64,000 nucleotides of DNA from Squalus acanthias (Eukaryota), in assembly GCA_030390025.1 (NCBI GenBank), contig CM059432.1, positions 36,706,001-36,770,000 on the forward strand, written 5' to 3'. Shown here piece by piece: positions 1 through 12,437 of the stretch. Position numbers and translations under genes: made by a program. Under the pieces are notes generated by a model. It saw only the letters and a program-made list of their open reading frames with translations, had not been told where the DNA came from and made no database searches. How positions within the stretch are numbered: position 1 is the first letter of the stretch; every line of letters starts with the position of its first letter.

Positions 1-1058
1 TCGATATAATAGAGTAAAAATACTGGATGGGTATCAGGTTAGTCATGTCAGGGGTTCAGTTAATGGAACAAACAACTTTGCTTTGGGGCGTCCCGAGGAT
101 GTGGAAGGTGCTATATAAATGCAACTTTGTTTTTTCTCTTTGGCACTTTTCAACCCTGGTGGAGATCACTGTCCAGTCAAACTGCATGTCAGCTCAAAGC
201 AAGATTTTAACAAATATGTAGTACTAACTCCCTGGTTATAATATCTGCAAAACAAGACTTGCTCAGGGGATAGTTCTTAATAAAACGTAATGAACCATGT
301 TATACTGGGGCTTTAAAACAGCATTGAGAAAACTAGCAAGAAATATAAAAACAAATTGTAAGAGCTTCTACAAGTATGTAAAAAGAAAGAGAGTAGCAAA
401 AGTAAATGTTGGTCTCTTAGAGGCTGAGACAGGAGAAATTATTCTGGGGAATAAGGAAATGGCAGAAACGTTAAACAAATATTTTGTATCTGTCTTCACA
501 GTAGAAGACACAAAAAGCATACCAAAAATGGTGGGGGACCAAGGGTCTAATGAGGGTGAGGAACTTAACGTAACTAATATAAGTAGAGAAAAAGTACTAG
601 AGAAACTAATGGGACTAAAAGCCGACAAATCCCCAGGACCTGACGGCCTGCATCCTAGGGTTCTAAAAGAAGTGGCTGAAGAGATAGTGGATGCATTGAT
701 TTGAATCTTCCAAAATTCTCTAGATTCTAGAACGGACCCAGCGGATTGGAAGGTAGCAAATGTAACACTGCTATTCAAGAAAGGAGAGAGAGAGAAAACA
801 GGGAACTCCAGGCCAGTTGGCCTGACATCAGTCGTCAGGAAAACGCTGGAATCCATTGTTAAGGAAGTGGTATCGGGGCACTGAGAAAATCATAACATGA
901 TTAGGCAGAGTCAACATGGTTTTATGAAAGGGAAATCGTGTTTGACAAATTTATAAGAGTTTTTTGAGGATGTAACTAGCAGGGTAGATAAAGTGGAACC
1001 AGTGGATGCAGTATATTTGGATTTCCAAAAGGCATTCGATAAGGTGCCACATAAAAGG

Positions 1059-2435
1059 ATCACTGAAAGGACTACACGATAGCATCAACAGGTTCCATCC
1101 CACCATCAAACTCACCATGGACTACTCCTCAGAATCGGTTTCATTCTTGGACACACGAATCTCCATCAAAGACGGACGCCTCAGCACTTCACTCTACCGC
1201 AAGCCCACGGACAACCTCACGATGCTCCACTTCTCCAGCTTCCACCCTAACCACGTTAAAGAAGCCATCCCCTATGGACAAGCCCTGCGAATACACAGGA
1301 TCTGCTCAGACGAGGAGGAACGCGATGGACACCTACGGACACTGAAAGACGCCCTCGTAAGAACGGGATATGACGCTCGACTCATCGATCGACAGTTCCG
1401 ACGGGCCACAGCGAAAAACCGCATAGACCTCCTCAGAAGACGAACACGGGACACAACCAACAGAGTACCCTACGTCGTCCAGTACTTCCCCGGAGCGGAA
1501 AAACTACGCCATGTTCTTCGCAGCCTTCAACATGTCATCGATGACGACGAATACCTTGCTAAGGCCATCCCCACGCCTCCACTACTCGCCTTCAAGCAGC
1601 CGCCTAACCTCAAAAGTACCATCGTTCGCAGCAGATTACCCATCTTTCAGGAGAACAGCAACCACGACACCACACAACCCTGCCACGGCAACCTCTGCAA
1701 GTCATGCCAGATCATGGACACAGATACCATCATCACACGTGAGGACACTACCCACCAGGTACATGGTACATACTCATGTGACTCGCCCAACGTTGTCTAC
1801 CTGATACGTTGCAGTAAAGGATGCCCCAGAGCATGGTACATCGGCGAGACCATGCAGACACTGAGACAACGTATGAACGGACACCGCGCAACAATCGCCA
1901 GGCAGGAGGGTTGCCTCCCAGTCGGGGAACACTTCAGCAGTCAGGGGCATTCAGCCTCGGATCTGCGGGTAAGCGTTCTCCAAGGCGGCCTTCGGGATAC
2001 ACGACAGCGCAAAATCATAGAGCAGAAACTGATAGCCAAGTTCCGCACTCATGAGGATGGCCTCAATCGCGATATCGGGTTCATGTCACGATACAGAACG
2101 TGACTTGACATCATGGCCAGTCTTCCCAGGTTTTTTTTTTAAATGGAGAGGATATGCAGACAGCAGGTGTTTTGACACGTTGGACCCCCTGGGACACATC
2201 TCATTGTCTTGGCTGTGCTCTTAGTGTGTCTTTGATGTAGGGAAAGATTTGAATACATTTTTTCTGTGTTTATATTGTGAATTCTGGGAGATTCTCTCAC
2301 AGCTACCCTACCTGAAGAAGGAGCGACAGCTCCGAAAGCTTGTAATTTTAAATAAATCTGTTGGACTATAACCTGGTGTTGTGCGACTTCTCATTTTTGT
2401 CCACCCCAGTCCAACGCCGGCATCTCCACATCATG
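1059..2435 (+). mobile_element. Penelope-like element (family A, Neptune-type), 5'-truncated, young
   Basis: Open frame to 2103 with RT C-terminus (FLD, LYRKPT), Cys linker PCHGNLCKSC and GIY-YIG (VVYLIRC..WYIGET..LRQRMNGHR). Exact 10-bp TSD ACATAAAAGG at 1049-1058 and 2436-2445. CpG-rich. Confidence 0.95.
2309..2344 (+). ncRNA. Minimal hammerhead-like ribozyme motif in Penelope 3' pLTR
   Basis: tac-CTGAAGAA-GGAGC gaca GCTCC-GAAAGCTT-gta: core, stem II, palindromic AAGCTT, stem I tac/gta. Confidence 0.7.
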
Positions 2436-3589
2436 ACATAAAAGGTTATTACACAAGATAAGGGCTCATGGGGTTGGGGGTAATATAGTAGCATGGATAG
2501 AGGATTGGTTAACGGACAGAAAGCAGAGATAAACGGGTCTTATTCAGGTTGGCAGGCTGTAACTAGTGGGGTACCGCAAGGATCAGTGCTGGTACCTCAG
2601 CTATTTACAATCTATATTAATGACCTAGATGAAGGGACCGAGTGTAATGCATCCAAGTTCGCTGATGATACAAAGCTAGGTGGGACAGTAAGCTGTGCGG
2701 AGAACACAAAGAGTCTGCAAAGGGATATAGACAGACTAAGTGAGTGGGAAGTTAGGTGCCAGATGGAGTATAATGTAGGGAAATGTGAGGTTATTCACTT
2801 TGGTAGGAAGAATAGAAAAACAGAATATTTTTTAAATGGTGAGAAACTTTTAAATGTTGGTGTTGAGAGAGATTTGGGTGTTCTCGTGCAAGAAACACAG
2901 AAAGCTAGCATGTAGGAACAGCAAGCAATAAGGAGGGCAAATGGCACGTTGGCCTTTATTGCAAGGGGGTTGGAGTATAAGAGTAAGGAAGTCTTGCTAC
3001 AATTTCACAGGGCCTTGGTGAGACCACACCTGGAGTACTGTGCACAGTTTTGGTCTCCTTATCTTAAGGATATACTTGCCTTGGAGGCGGTGCAATGAAG
3101 GTTCACTAGATTGATTCCTGGGATGAGAGGGCTGTCCTATGATGAGAGATTGAGTAGAATGGGCCTCTACTCTCTGGAGTTTAGAAGAATGAGAGGTGAT
3201 CTCATTGAAACATACAAGATTCTGAAGGGGATTGACAGGGTAGATGCTGAGAGGTTGTTTCCCCTGGCTGGAGTGTCTAGAACTAGGGGGCATAGACTCA
3301 GGATAAGAGGTAAGCCATTTAAGACTGAGATGAGAAGGAATTTCTTCACTCAGAGGGTTGTGAATCTTTGGTATTCTCTGCCCCAGAGGGCTGTGAATGC
3401 TGAGTTTTTGAGCATATTCAAAGTTGAGATAGATAGATTTTGGACTCTAGGGGAATCAAGGGATATGGAGATCGAGCAGGAAAGTGGAGTTGAGGTCGAT
3501 GATCAGCCATGATCTTATTGAATGGCGGAGCAGGCTCGAGGGGCCGTATGGCCTACTCCTGCTCTTATTTCTTATGTTCTTTGTTCTTA

Positions 3590-3895
3590 TTATGGGGTGA
3601 TTTGACAGAGGTGTTTAAAATTATGAAAAGGATGGGACAGAGTAGATATAAACTGTCTCCAGTGATTGAGGGATCTAGCACAAGGGGACATAGACACAAG
3701 ATTAAATGTAAGAGATTGAAGACAGAGAGCAGAAGAAACCTTTTTATACTGAGACTGTGGAATACATTACCAGAGTTAGTGATTGAAGCAGAGACCATGT
3801 CAACATTTAAAAATAAGTTAGATAGGTTGTTGAACGAAAGCGGGATAAGGGATAGGGGAACAGAGCAGGCACACGGGATTAGGACTATTGCTCGT
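3590..3895 (+). mobile_element. CR1 3' fragment (older subfamily)
   Basis: GDLTEVFKIMK...TRGHRHKI...LWNTLP; similar to 28530-28860. Confidence 0.75.
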
Positions 3896-3896
3896 C

Positions 3897-5480
3897 ATAT
3901 GGCACAGAAGGAGGCCATTCGGTCCATCGAGTCCGTGCCGCCTCTCTGTAGAGCAATCCAGTCAGTCCCATTCCCCCGCTCTATCCCCGTAGCCCTGCAA
4001 GTTTATCTCCCTCAAGTGCCTATCCAGTCTCTCCTTGAAAACATTGAGTGTCTCCGCTTCCACCACTTCCGTCGGCAGCGAATTCCAGGTCCTCACCACT
4101 CGCTGCTTAAAAAAGTTTTTCCTCACATTCCCCCCTGTATCTCTTGCCTAAAACCTTAAATCTGTGTCCCCTAGTCCTTGTACCATCAACTAGTGGGAAC
4201 AGCCTTTCCCCGTCTAGCCGAGCCAAACCCGTCATAATCTTGTACACCTCTATCAAATCACCCCTCAACCTCCTTTGCTCTAATGAAAACAAATCCAACT
4301 TCTCCAACCTGTCCTTGTAGCCAAGATCCCCCAGCCCCAGAACCATTCTGGTAAATCTCCCTCTGCACCCTCTCATGGGCCTTCACATCCTTCCTAAAGT
4401 GTGGTGACCAGAACTGGATGCAATACTCCAGTTGTGGCTTAACCAGCACTTTATAAAGGTTCAGCATAACTTCTCTACTTTTATACTCAATACCTCTATT
4501 TATGAAGCCCAAGATCCCATAGCTTTGTTAACCACTCTCTCAATATGTCCTGCCACCTTCAGGGACCTATGCACATTAACTCCCAGGTCCCGCTGTCCCT
4601 GCACACTCTTTAAAACTGTGCTATTAAATGTATATTGCCTCTTCCTGTTCCTTCTGCCAAAATGCATCACCTCACACTTCTCTGTATTAAATTCCATCTG
4701 CCACTTGTCTGCCCATTCTGCTAGCCTTTCTATGTCCTGTTGCAGTCGATTGGTATCATCATCACTGTTTGCCACACCCCCAAGTTTGGTGTCATCGGCA
4801 AATTTAGAAATTCTACTCTGTATTCCAATATCCAGGTCATTTATATACATCAAAAAAAGCAGTGGCCCCAGCGTTGACCCTTGGGGAACCTCACTGTCTA
4901 CCATCCTCCAGTCTGAAAAACAGCCATTTACCACAACTCGCTGTTTTCTGTCATTAAGCCAATTCCTTATCCAAGCTGCCACTGACCCACATATTCCATG
5001 AGCCTCAATTTTGTTAACCAGCCTTCTATGTGGTACTTTGTCAAACGCCTTCCGAAAATCCATGTAGACAACATCCATTGCATTCCCTTCATCAATCCTC
5101 TCTGTTACTTCATCAAAAAATTCAATTAGATTAGTCAAACACAATCTGCCTTTTACAAATCCGTGTTGGCTCTCCTTAATTAGCTTAAACCTCTCCAAGT
5201 GCCCGTTAATTTTTTCCTTGATTATTGTTTCTAAAACTTTACCCACCACTAATGTTAAACTGGCTGGCCTGTAGTTACTAGGATTGTCCTTACACCCTTT
5301 CTTGAACAATGGTGTCACATTTGCCACTTTCCAATCCTCAGGCACCTCCCCCACATCTAGGGAAGATTGGAAAATTATGGCAAGCCTTTCCGCTATCTCC
5401 TCCCCCAATGGGATGCAAGCCATCTGGACCAGACGACTTGTCCACTCTAAGCATACCCAGCCTTTCTAGTACATCCTGTC
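3897..5480 (-). mobile_element. CR1 LINE RT/3' fragment
   Basis: ORF 4500-5423 with [33 protein letters not shown]1 3' end near 3900. Confidence 0.92.
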
Positions 5481-6019
5481 TATCAACACCAAATATTGGA
5501 CCAAATGACCGTTTTCCTTATTGTAGTTTTTATGTCACTATTTAATATTGCAGCAAAACTAAGGATTAAGGAGTGTTAACTAACAATGTGTTAACTTTCA
5601 GTGCAGCAGCAACCAAATAGAGGAATGAGGAGGCGGAGGGCATTATATAAATGCAAATTTGTTTAAACCAGGAATGAAGGCAAATATAAAAACATTTTTT
5701 CTCCTCTTCTGAATTTCTCCCTTCATCTTATACAGGGCCCCACATCTGCCAGGATCGTGTTACCAGAAGACCTCTGCTACCTCAACCGAGTGGCCATTCT
5801 TCACATGGGAGCCTCGACTTTGAGTGTTGGTAGGCTATTCAAGGGGGGAATCACAGCCGTGTCCAATCCTGATCAAATCTAATGCCCACAGGTGCCCAAC
5901 CAAGCAAATGTGGGAACACTAGATGATATTTTTTATCCCTCTCCTCCTAGCCCAGAAGCACTAACAGTGGCACAGCAGTGTCCCAATTGCTGACCTCATC
6001 TGTGTGGCTTAGTACCAGA

Positions 6020-6400
6020 ATAACTTGCATTGAACATAGAAAAAGATCACAAGGCGTTGTACAGAGGGAATTTTTTTATAAAAAGAACAGACTTCATGCC
6101 ACAGTGGGAGAGTCAGGAGAGGTGACTGAAACCTTGGTCGAAAAGATGAGTTTTAAGAAAGTTTTTTAAAGGAGGAGCAACAGGTATAGAGGTGGAGAGC
6201 TTTAGGGAAGGAGTTCCAGAGAGAAGGGCCAAGGTGCCTGAAAGCTTTGCAATCAATGGTGTGGTGAGGGGAGGGGAAATGCAAAGAACATAAGTCAATG
6301 GAACAATGCCTGCAAGAGGGACATTAGGTTGGAGGAGGTTGTAGAGCTAGGGTGAGCTAAGGCCATGGAGGGATTTGAAGAGGAGAATAAGGAGTGTGTT
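6020..6400 (-). mobile_element. L2-type LINE 3' fragment
   Basis: ..LKTHLFDQ(A/G)F terminal peptide; similar pieces at 48560-48842 (+), 57165-57440 (-) and 62244-62490 (-). Confidence 0.6.
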
Positions 6401-6766
6401 GGTGGGCAGGCAGCAAGAATAGATCTGTACACTCGACTATCAAGGACTTTACCCACCCATTTAATCCCCTTCCACAGACCATGTACAATCTACTCTATGT
6501 TGGACTCTACCCTCCCATTTAATCTGTGAGGGAGACCTGCATAAATACTCTCAGGTCCCCAAGGGCAAGTAAGCAAAACTCCAGAATATTAATTTGTCCT
6601 CACATCTCTATCACTCATCCCTGACCTACTACCATCTACAGCCAACATTCCCTTCCTTGCGCTCTCTCTTAGCCCCAAACCAGGCCAAGGCCTTGCCAGA
6701 CTTGTCAACCTCCTTTTTGAAAGGGTCAGAGATCAAACTATCTCCGTGTCGCTCACTTTTACTCAC

Positions 6767-6887
6767 TGTGACTGTAGAGGAGGTGGTCGCTATCTGTATA
6801 ACCTTCGACAGGAGGTTCTTTGGCTCAGGGAACTGGGTGAGGGCCCTCATCGCGCTGGTGTCATCGGTCATGGTACCCCGCACTGCT
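6767..6887 (-). CDS. DHX30: DHX30 coding exon 5 (start of dsRBD-like 2); gene continues beyond window start
   Basis: tttcggcag|...|gtgagt, 121 nt. [40 protein letters not shown] matches [35 protein letters not shown]. Phases are consistent. The next exon was not found in 1-6766. Confidence 0.95.
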
Positions 6888-8017
6888 CTGCCGAAACATA
6901 CAGTGAAAAATCAATGTCAGCACTGACCCACATAAACAGTGAGCACAGGGAAGGAAGCACACTATCGCATGTTAGTTATACAGTGCCACGAAGAGATCGT
7001 GTACGGAATGCATTCGAAAGTAAATCTTGTTCTAGAGTGACACTATAGGACGATGACGAAACTGTTACTTTGTGAGGTCAATGTAGCAGCTCTGATGTCA
7101 CAACAGCTTATGATATCACAGAGTGAGTTTAAAAGGGAAGGAAGAGTCAGGGGCAGGGCCCGAGATCTGTTCAAAGCACCCTCCACCATCTCGTTAAAAA
7201 CGTCTCCATCAAAAGTCAAATTTCTTAACCGAACGAAGAGCAGCCATTTCGTACGACATTACTGACTGGGAGTGTGCAGGAGGAATGGCCCCTCCTGCGT
7301 CCAAGGTTGACTCCTGTTATTTCAGTAGAGTCCGCAACTTGGGACCAGCCTAGAAAGCTGACCCAATCTTTCCCTTCCCCAACTGGAAAATCGCACTATC
7401 ATTGGTCTGTCGAAGACCCAGCTAGTAATCTATTCAGATTGACTCCCAGGCCAGTCGTAAATCACGGCCTCAAACTGCAACGTTCCTGGATTCGGTGCTC
7501 CCTGTGTTTCTGTTCCCTTCCCCACGCCTCCAGAACCTGCAGTGGACTGGAGCCAAGAAGACCCAACAAGGGCATCAATTCTCAAACGCAGTATTTGACA
7601 AATTGGAAAATAACTGTCACAGCATTTATTCTGAATAGACAGTGGGGGTCGATTTTGAACTTCTTCCCGCTGTCACCCCTCAACCCCCCTAGAGCAGGAG
7701 ACCCAACCCTTTTGTCTTCATAGACCCCACTGGCATGTACATGGAACCTCGAGGGCCACATGTAAAGTTGAAATTCAAGTTCCCATTAATTTCCATCTAT
7801 CACAAGTTGCTGACAATGACAGATCTCGGTGTTCCCTTTTAGGATTCATCCAATGACAACAACCCATTGCAAGCCTCCAGGCCCACAAAAGTCAAACAGG
7901 ACAAACCAAAATAGGGAATGTAATTGAAAATCGATCAGAGTTGCCCGGACTTTAGGGGCTGGATTGCTAGGGCACAAAGGCTGCAGACTGGCACCTGCCC
8001 CAGACTTCCTTCCTCCT

Positions 8018-8428
8018 CGGCTCAGTGGTCGCACTCTCAGCTCTAAGTCAGAAGGTTGTGGGTTTAGGTTCCACTCTAGAAACCTGAGCACTTCTAGGCT
8101 GATGCTTCAGTGCAGTACTGAGGGAGTGCTGCACTGTCTTTCAGATGAAACGTTAAAAGAAAGGCGCCATCTGCCCTCTCAGGTGGGCATGAAAGATCCC
8201 ACGGCAGTATTTTGAAATAGAGCAGGGGGAGTTCTCCTAGTGTCCTGGCCAATATTTATCCCTCAACCAACATCACTAAAACAGATGATCTGGTCACGTA
8301 TCTCATTGCTATTTGTGGGACCTTGCTGTGTGAAAGTTGACTACATTCTAAAAATTAACTATAAAGCGCTTTGGGACGTCCCGAGTTCATGACAGGTGCT
8401 ATATAAATGCAAGTTCTTTCCTTTCTTT
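8018..8428 (+). mobile_element. tRNA-derived Deu-type SINE (SacSINE1-like)
   Basis: A box GGCTCAGTGG, degenerate B box, body CAGTGCAGTACTGAGGGAGTGCTGCACTG, tail GCTATATAAATGCAAGTTCTTTC. An inverted head fragment follows at 8452-8548. Confidence 0.8.
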
Positions 8429-8858
8429 ATCGGTTTATGCACTCATGCTAGGTGTCAGCCTAGATTATGTGCTCAAGTCTCTTCAGTGGGACTTGAACCC
8501 ACGACCTTCTGACTCAGAGGCGAGAGTGCTACCACTGAGCCAAGGCTAACACGCATGACTTTCAATGGGTATGTTACATTCTGACCGTATGCAGCTGCAG
8601 TGCCTGACCTACCCCAAGACCATTGTTAATACCGATTGCCACCTTTGTAGACTCCTCCACGTGATTGGTGCTCACCTTCAAGTGGGTGGGTCAGAGTGTA
8701 GCAGCAGATTGAGATCAGGAGCATTGAATCAAACTAGCTACTATATCACAGGCATCAATCACAAGTATCAGTGTTGAAGCATCAATCAATGATATTAGAG
8801 GCTCTGCATCCAGCCAACACTCCAATACAAAGACAGATTAAACAACCATCAGCATTAC

Positions 8859-9160
8859 CTTAACATGGGCATGTCCTGAGAGGTTTTGTCTGAGAGAGAG
8901 AGAAACTCCGTACAGTCCATTATCCCTTCCTCCACCTCCTCGTCCACCTCCTCATTATCTTCCATCAGACCCGCTCTGCTTGGCTGAGACACTTCTTTCT
9001 CAAAACTCTCCTTCCTGAACTCTATCGTACGGGCATTGTTGGTTGTGTTTCCCATCACCAAGTGTGGCTCTCTGACGGCTAAAGCAGCAAATTTTGCAGC
9101 CAAATGCTGGTACTCTTGAGCTCGGAAGAGCTGGTTCTTTGGTCCCAGTAGACCCCATTG
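8859..9160 (-). CDS. DHX30: DHX30 coding exon 4
   Basis: tttggcag|...|gtaatg, 302 nt, ends in phase 2. QWGLLGPKNQLFRAQEYQHLAAKF...EEVEEGIMDCTEFLSLS matches GWGLLGPRNELFDAAKY...EELEEGTIDVTDFLSM. Confidence 0.95.
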
Positions 9161-9785
9161 CTGCCAAACACAACCAACAGGGCACAGTCTTAAAAACAAA
9201 CTTAGTCAGCGTACCTCCAGATCAGTGCACTGTCTACAACCTTATCAGTAAAAGTGATCATATTTTGGAACATATGGATGTCCTGAAGACCTAGTGACTC
9301 AAGGCACCACACCTACAATACCAGGTTAGACTAGAAAGTTCCCAGGGCACATCTGAGGCAGCAGCTTTGTCCTCAGTGCCCAATGGCACTGCCCCCTTGT
9401 CTGTGAACAATCGAATGAACACTGGCGACCCTCACGTGCATTAACCATCCATGAGCAAAGACGGCGAGGATATTTGACCCTGAATGGATTCAGAGCCGAG
9501 CCCAATCATCCAACATTAGGGGGTTGACTTTCTCCTAGATTTTGATAATAAAAACAGAAGCTGAAATACACCCGGGAAACCCCAGTTATCTTAACCTGTA
9601 ATGAGAGGCCACATTGCACCAAATTCCTACCCTGCCACAGGTGAAAGGGCAGCAAGGAGCTTGAGCACAAGTTGCAGCAATATCCCTCATTGCTGCCCAA
9701 GAGGAAGATTCCAAGACCCCTCAGCCAAGACATCCCAGAGATCCAAGAAGAACAAACTGAAGTGCTGTGCCACTCAGCCCCAAAC

Positions 9786-9896
9786 CTTGAATATCCTGCA
9801 GGCAGCTGCTGCAGCATGTTTCTCTGCATCAATCTTCTTATTGCCAAAGCCTTCCACCATCAGTTTTCTCGGCCAAGAGATGTACAGGACGGTTTT
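9786..9896 (-). CDS. DHX30: DHX30 coding exon 3 (dsRBD-like 1)
   Basis: ctttctttacaaag|...|gtttgg, 111 nt. [37 protein letters not shown] matches DHX30 [37 protein letters not shown]. Confidence 0.95.
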
Positions 9897-10139
9897 CTTT
9901 GTAAAGAAAGAGAAGACTGCTGTGAATCGCTAACAAAACACAGGATCCAGCCATAAATAACATACAAGTAACATCCCAATACACTGCATGATAATGCTAT
10001 AAAATAAGACAGGTACTGAAATATACTAAGGATAAAACAAGGCCAGAAGGTTAGGACTGCTGAGAGCAAACCCAGGCCCCGCTGACGGGACAAGGCCCAG
10101 ATTGCTGTGGGTGAGAGCATGATCAGAATTGGCTGTACA

Positions 10140-11128
10140 GTCCACTGCAAGGATCGGTGCTGGGAAAAGTGTTGTTCACCATTTACATTAACGATTTGGA
10201 CTCGGGAATCGAGCGACACCAAATTGGGGGTGTAGTTAATACAGAGGGCTGCGACAAAATACAGGAAGACAATAATAAACATGTAGAATGGGTGTGTAAT
10301 TGGCAAATGAACTTCAATATAGATAAGTGTGAGGTGGTACATTTTGGTCGGAAGAATAAGGAGGCCACGTACTCCTTGGAAAATAAGTGTCTAAATGGCA
10401 TAGAGGAGCAGAGGGATCTGGGGATACAGATTCACTAAAAGTAGCGACACAGGTTAATAAGGCCATAAAAAAAGCAAACAAAGCACTGGGGTTCATTTCT
10501 AAAGGGATAGAATTGAAAAGCAGAGAAGTTATGTTAAACTTGTACAGAACCTTGGTTAGACCACACTTGGGAGTACTGCGAAAAGTTCTGATCTCCATAT
10601 TATAAAAAGGATAAAGGCAGTGGAGAAGGTGCAAAACAGATTCACAAGAATGATACCAGAACTGAGAGATTATACCTATCAGCAAAGATTGAACAGGCTA
10701 GGACTCTTTTCGCTAGAAAAGAGAAGACTGAGGGGTGGCCTGGGCCTTGTCCTGTGAGCGGGGCCTTGGCCTTGTCCTGACTTTAATATTATGAAAGGGT
10801 TTGATAGGATAGACGTGGAGAAGATGTTTCCACTTTCAGGGGTGACCAGAACTTGGGGCCATAAATATAAGATAGTTACTAATATATCCAATAGGGAACT
10901 CAGGAGAAACCTCTTTACCCAGAGTAGTTAGAATGTGGAGTAGTTGAGGCGTATATCATAAATGCATTTGAGGGGAAGCTATACAAACACCTAGGGGAGA
11001 AAGGAATAGAAGGATATGTTGATGGGGTTAGATAAAGAAGAGTGGGAGGAGACTCATGTGGAGCACAAACACTGGTGTGGACCTGTTGGGCTGAATGGCC
11101 TGTTTCTGTGCTGTAAATACTATGTAAT
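10140..11128 (+). mobile_element. Decayed CR1 fragment
   Basis: [38 protein letters not shown]1-type 3' end. Confidence 0.85.
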
Positions 11129-11859
11129 ATAATTGAACAGCATGGCAACAACCGCTCTTTTAGCTCAAAAATGAAGAGCAGTCACTTAAGCAAGGCACCA
11201 AAGTGTAAGCACCATCTGTGGAACTGTTCCCAGAAAAGGCCAGAGCCTTAGAAAGTGGGGAGAAATAAGACAAAAAAAATTGGGTGAGGTCAATCAAACA
11301 GGAGCATTCAGGGCCGTTAGGGTGTTTTGTTGAGTGGGACCTGAGTTGTAGGCATCAGCTAGTGAGCAGCATCAATGATCTTCTTTGCTTTGAAGAGCTA
11401 ACAAATAGGGACAGGTTGCCTTCTCCCTGCCCTCACTCCACTGTCCAAAAACAGTTGTCAGCATCAGTTACAGGCCTCTTTCAAAGCCTAGTTTGTTCAA
11501 CCAGCAACATAACCTGTCCAGGAGGATTTGGGGAAGGAGGAGTAAAAGTAGAGATGCACTGAGTACTATAGCATCAACATCAACCCAGCAGAAATCTATA
11601 TGCCACTCAGTCCCCAATTTGAATCTCAACAATTGAGAATGTGATGAGGTGGTGGCAGAATAATAACTTTTAAAAGGGAACTGGATATATCCTTGAACAG
11701 GGAAATTTTGAAGGGCTATGGGGAAAGAGCGGGAGAGTGGGATTAACTGGATAGTTCTGTCAAAGAGCCAACACAGGACAATGGGCTGAATGGGCCTCCT
11801 TCTGTGCTGCAAGATTCTATGAAGATAGTCAGATGAGAGAATCACCTTAGTGATTTTCT

Positions 11860-12172
11860 TTTCATTCTCGAGATGTGGGCATCGCTGGCAAGGCCACATT
11901 TATTGGCCATCCCTGGAGATACAACTGAGTAGCTTGCTAGGCCACTTCAGAAAGCAGTTAAGTGTCACATATGGGCCAGACCAGGTAAGGTCGGCAGGTT
12001 TCCTTCACTAAAGAACATTAGTGAACCAGTTGGGTTTTTACGACATTCTGACAGCTTTATGGTCACATTTACTGACATCAGCTTTTTATTTCCAGATTTT
12101 GTTTTAACTGAATTCAAATTCTCAACCTGCCATGGTGGGATCTGAACTCACATTCTCTGGATTACTAGTTCA
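11860..12172 (-). mobile_element. tRNA-derived SINE with LINE-family-B tail
   Basis: Minus strand: B box GAGTTCAGATCCC, body ...AACTGGTTCACTAATG..., tail AATAAATGTGGCCTTGCCAGCGATGCCCACATC. Related copies at 13100-13375, 22660-22880, 40830-41060 and 43260-43430. Confidence 0.7.
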
Positions 12173-12309
12173 ATAACTTTAGCACAGCTGGGGGTGTGGA
12201 ATCAGGGAGCCCACCCATTTGTCCTCTCCACAGCAGAGGTGCCAAGGCCAGACTGACCAGATATAATTTACCAAAATTATATTGAAAAAAACAGAAGATA
12301 CCCCCTTAC

Positions 12310-12437
12310 TTTAATGGGTCCATCGAACGATTTGTAGACAATGTGATCCTTCACATCAGAAACCTTTAAAGCTCGCTGCATAACCTGAGCCAGCAGGCCC
12401 TTAGGCTGTGGAAACTCCTGGAGCAGAGTCTGTAAAT
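12310..12437 (-). CDS. DHX30: DHX30 coding exon 2
   Basis: ttgtttag|...|gtaagg, 128 nt. DLQTLLQEFPQPKGLLAQVMQRALKVSDVKDHIVYKSFDGPIK matches DHX30 [23 protein letters not shown]... Not in the ORF track. Confidence 0.93.

Larger units (their letters stand above)
325..3580 (+). mobile_element. CR1 LINE, 5'-truncated and decayed, interrupted by a Penelope element
   Basis: [29 protein letters not shown] fragments with stops. 3' hairpin GGAGCAGG..CCTGCTC and TTCTTATG tail. Confidence 0.92.

Noticed and set aside
1006..1058. 365-aa ORF 1006-2103 as a complete gene or CR1-Penelope fusion protein
   Set aside because: The first ~18 residues are an off-frame reading of the host CR1 and TSD that happens to run into the truncated Penelope ORF.
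4432..5001. Long antisense ORFs over CR1 RT regions (also 368-856, 35920-36444, 37189-37824)
   Set aside because: Shadow frames of LINE coding sequence with no independent coding evidence.
7037..7048. GTGACACTATAG resembling the SP6 promoter (vector contamination)
   Set aside because: Partial match only, with no ATTTAG prefix or vector context; chance.
8018..8095. tRNA genes at SINE heads (also about 14117-14180 and 32448-32520)
   Set aside because: Degenerate A/B boxes continue into SINE bodies or are fragments; no intact cloverleaf.
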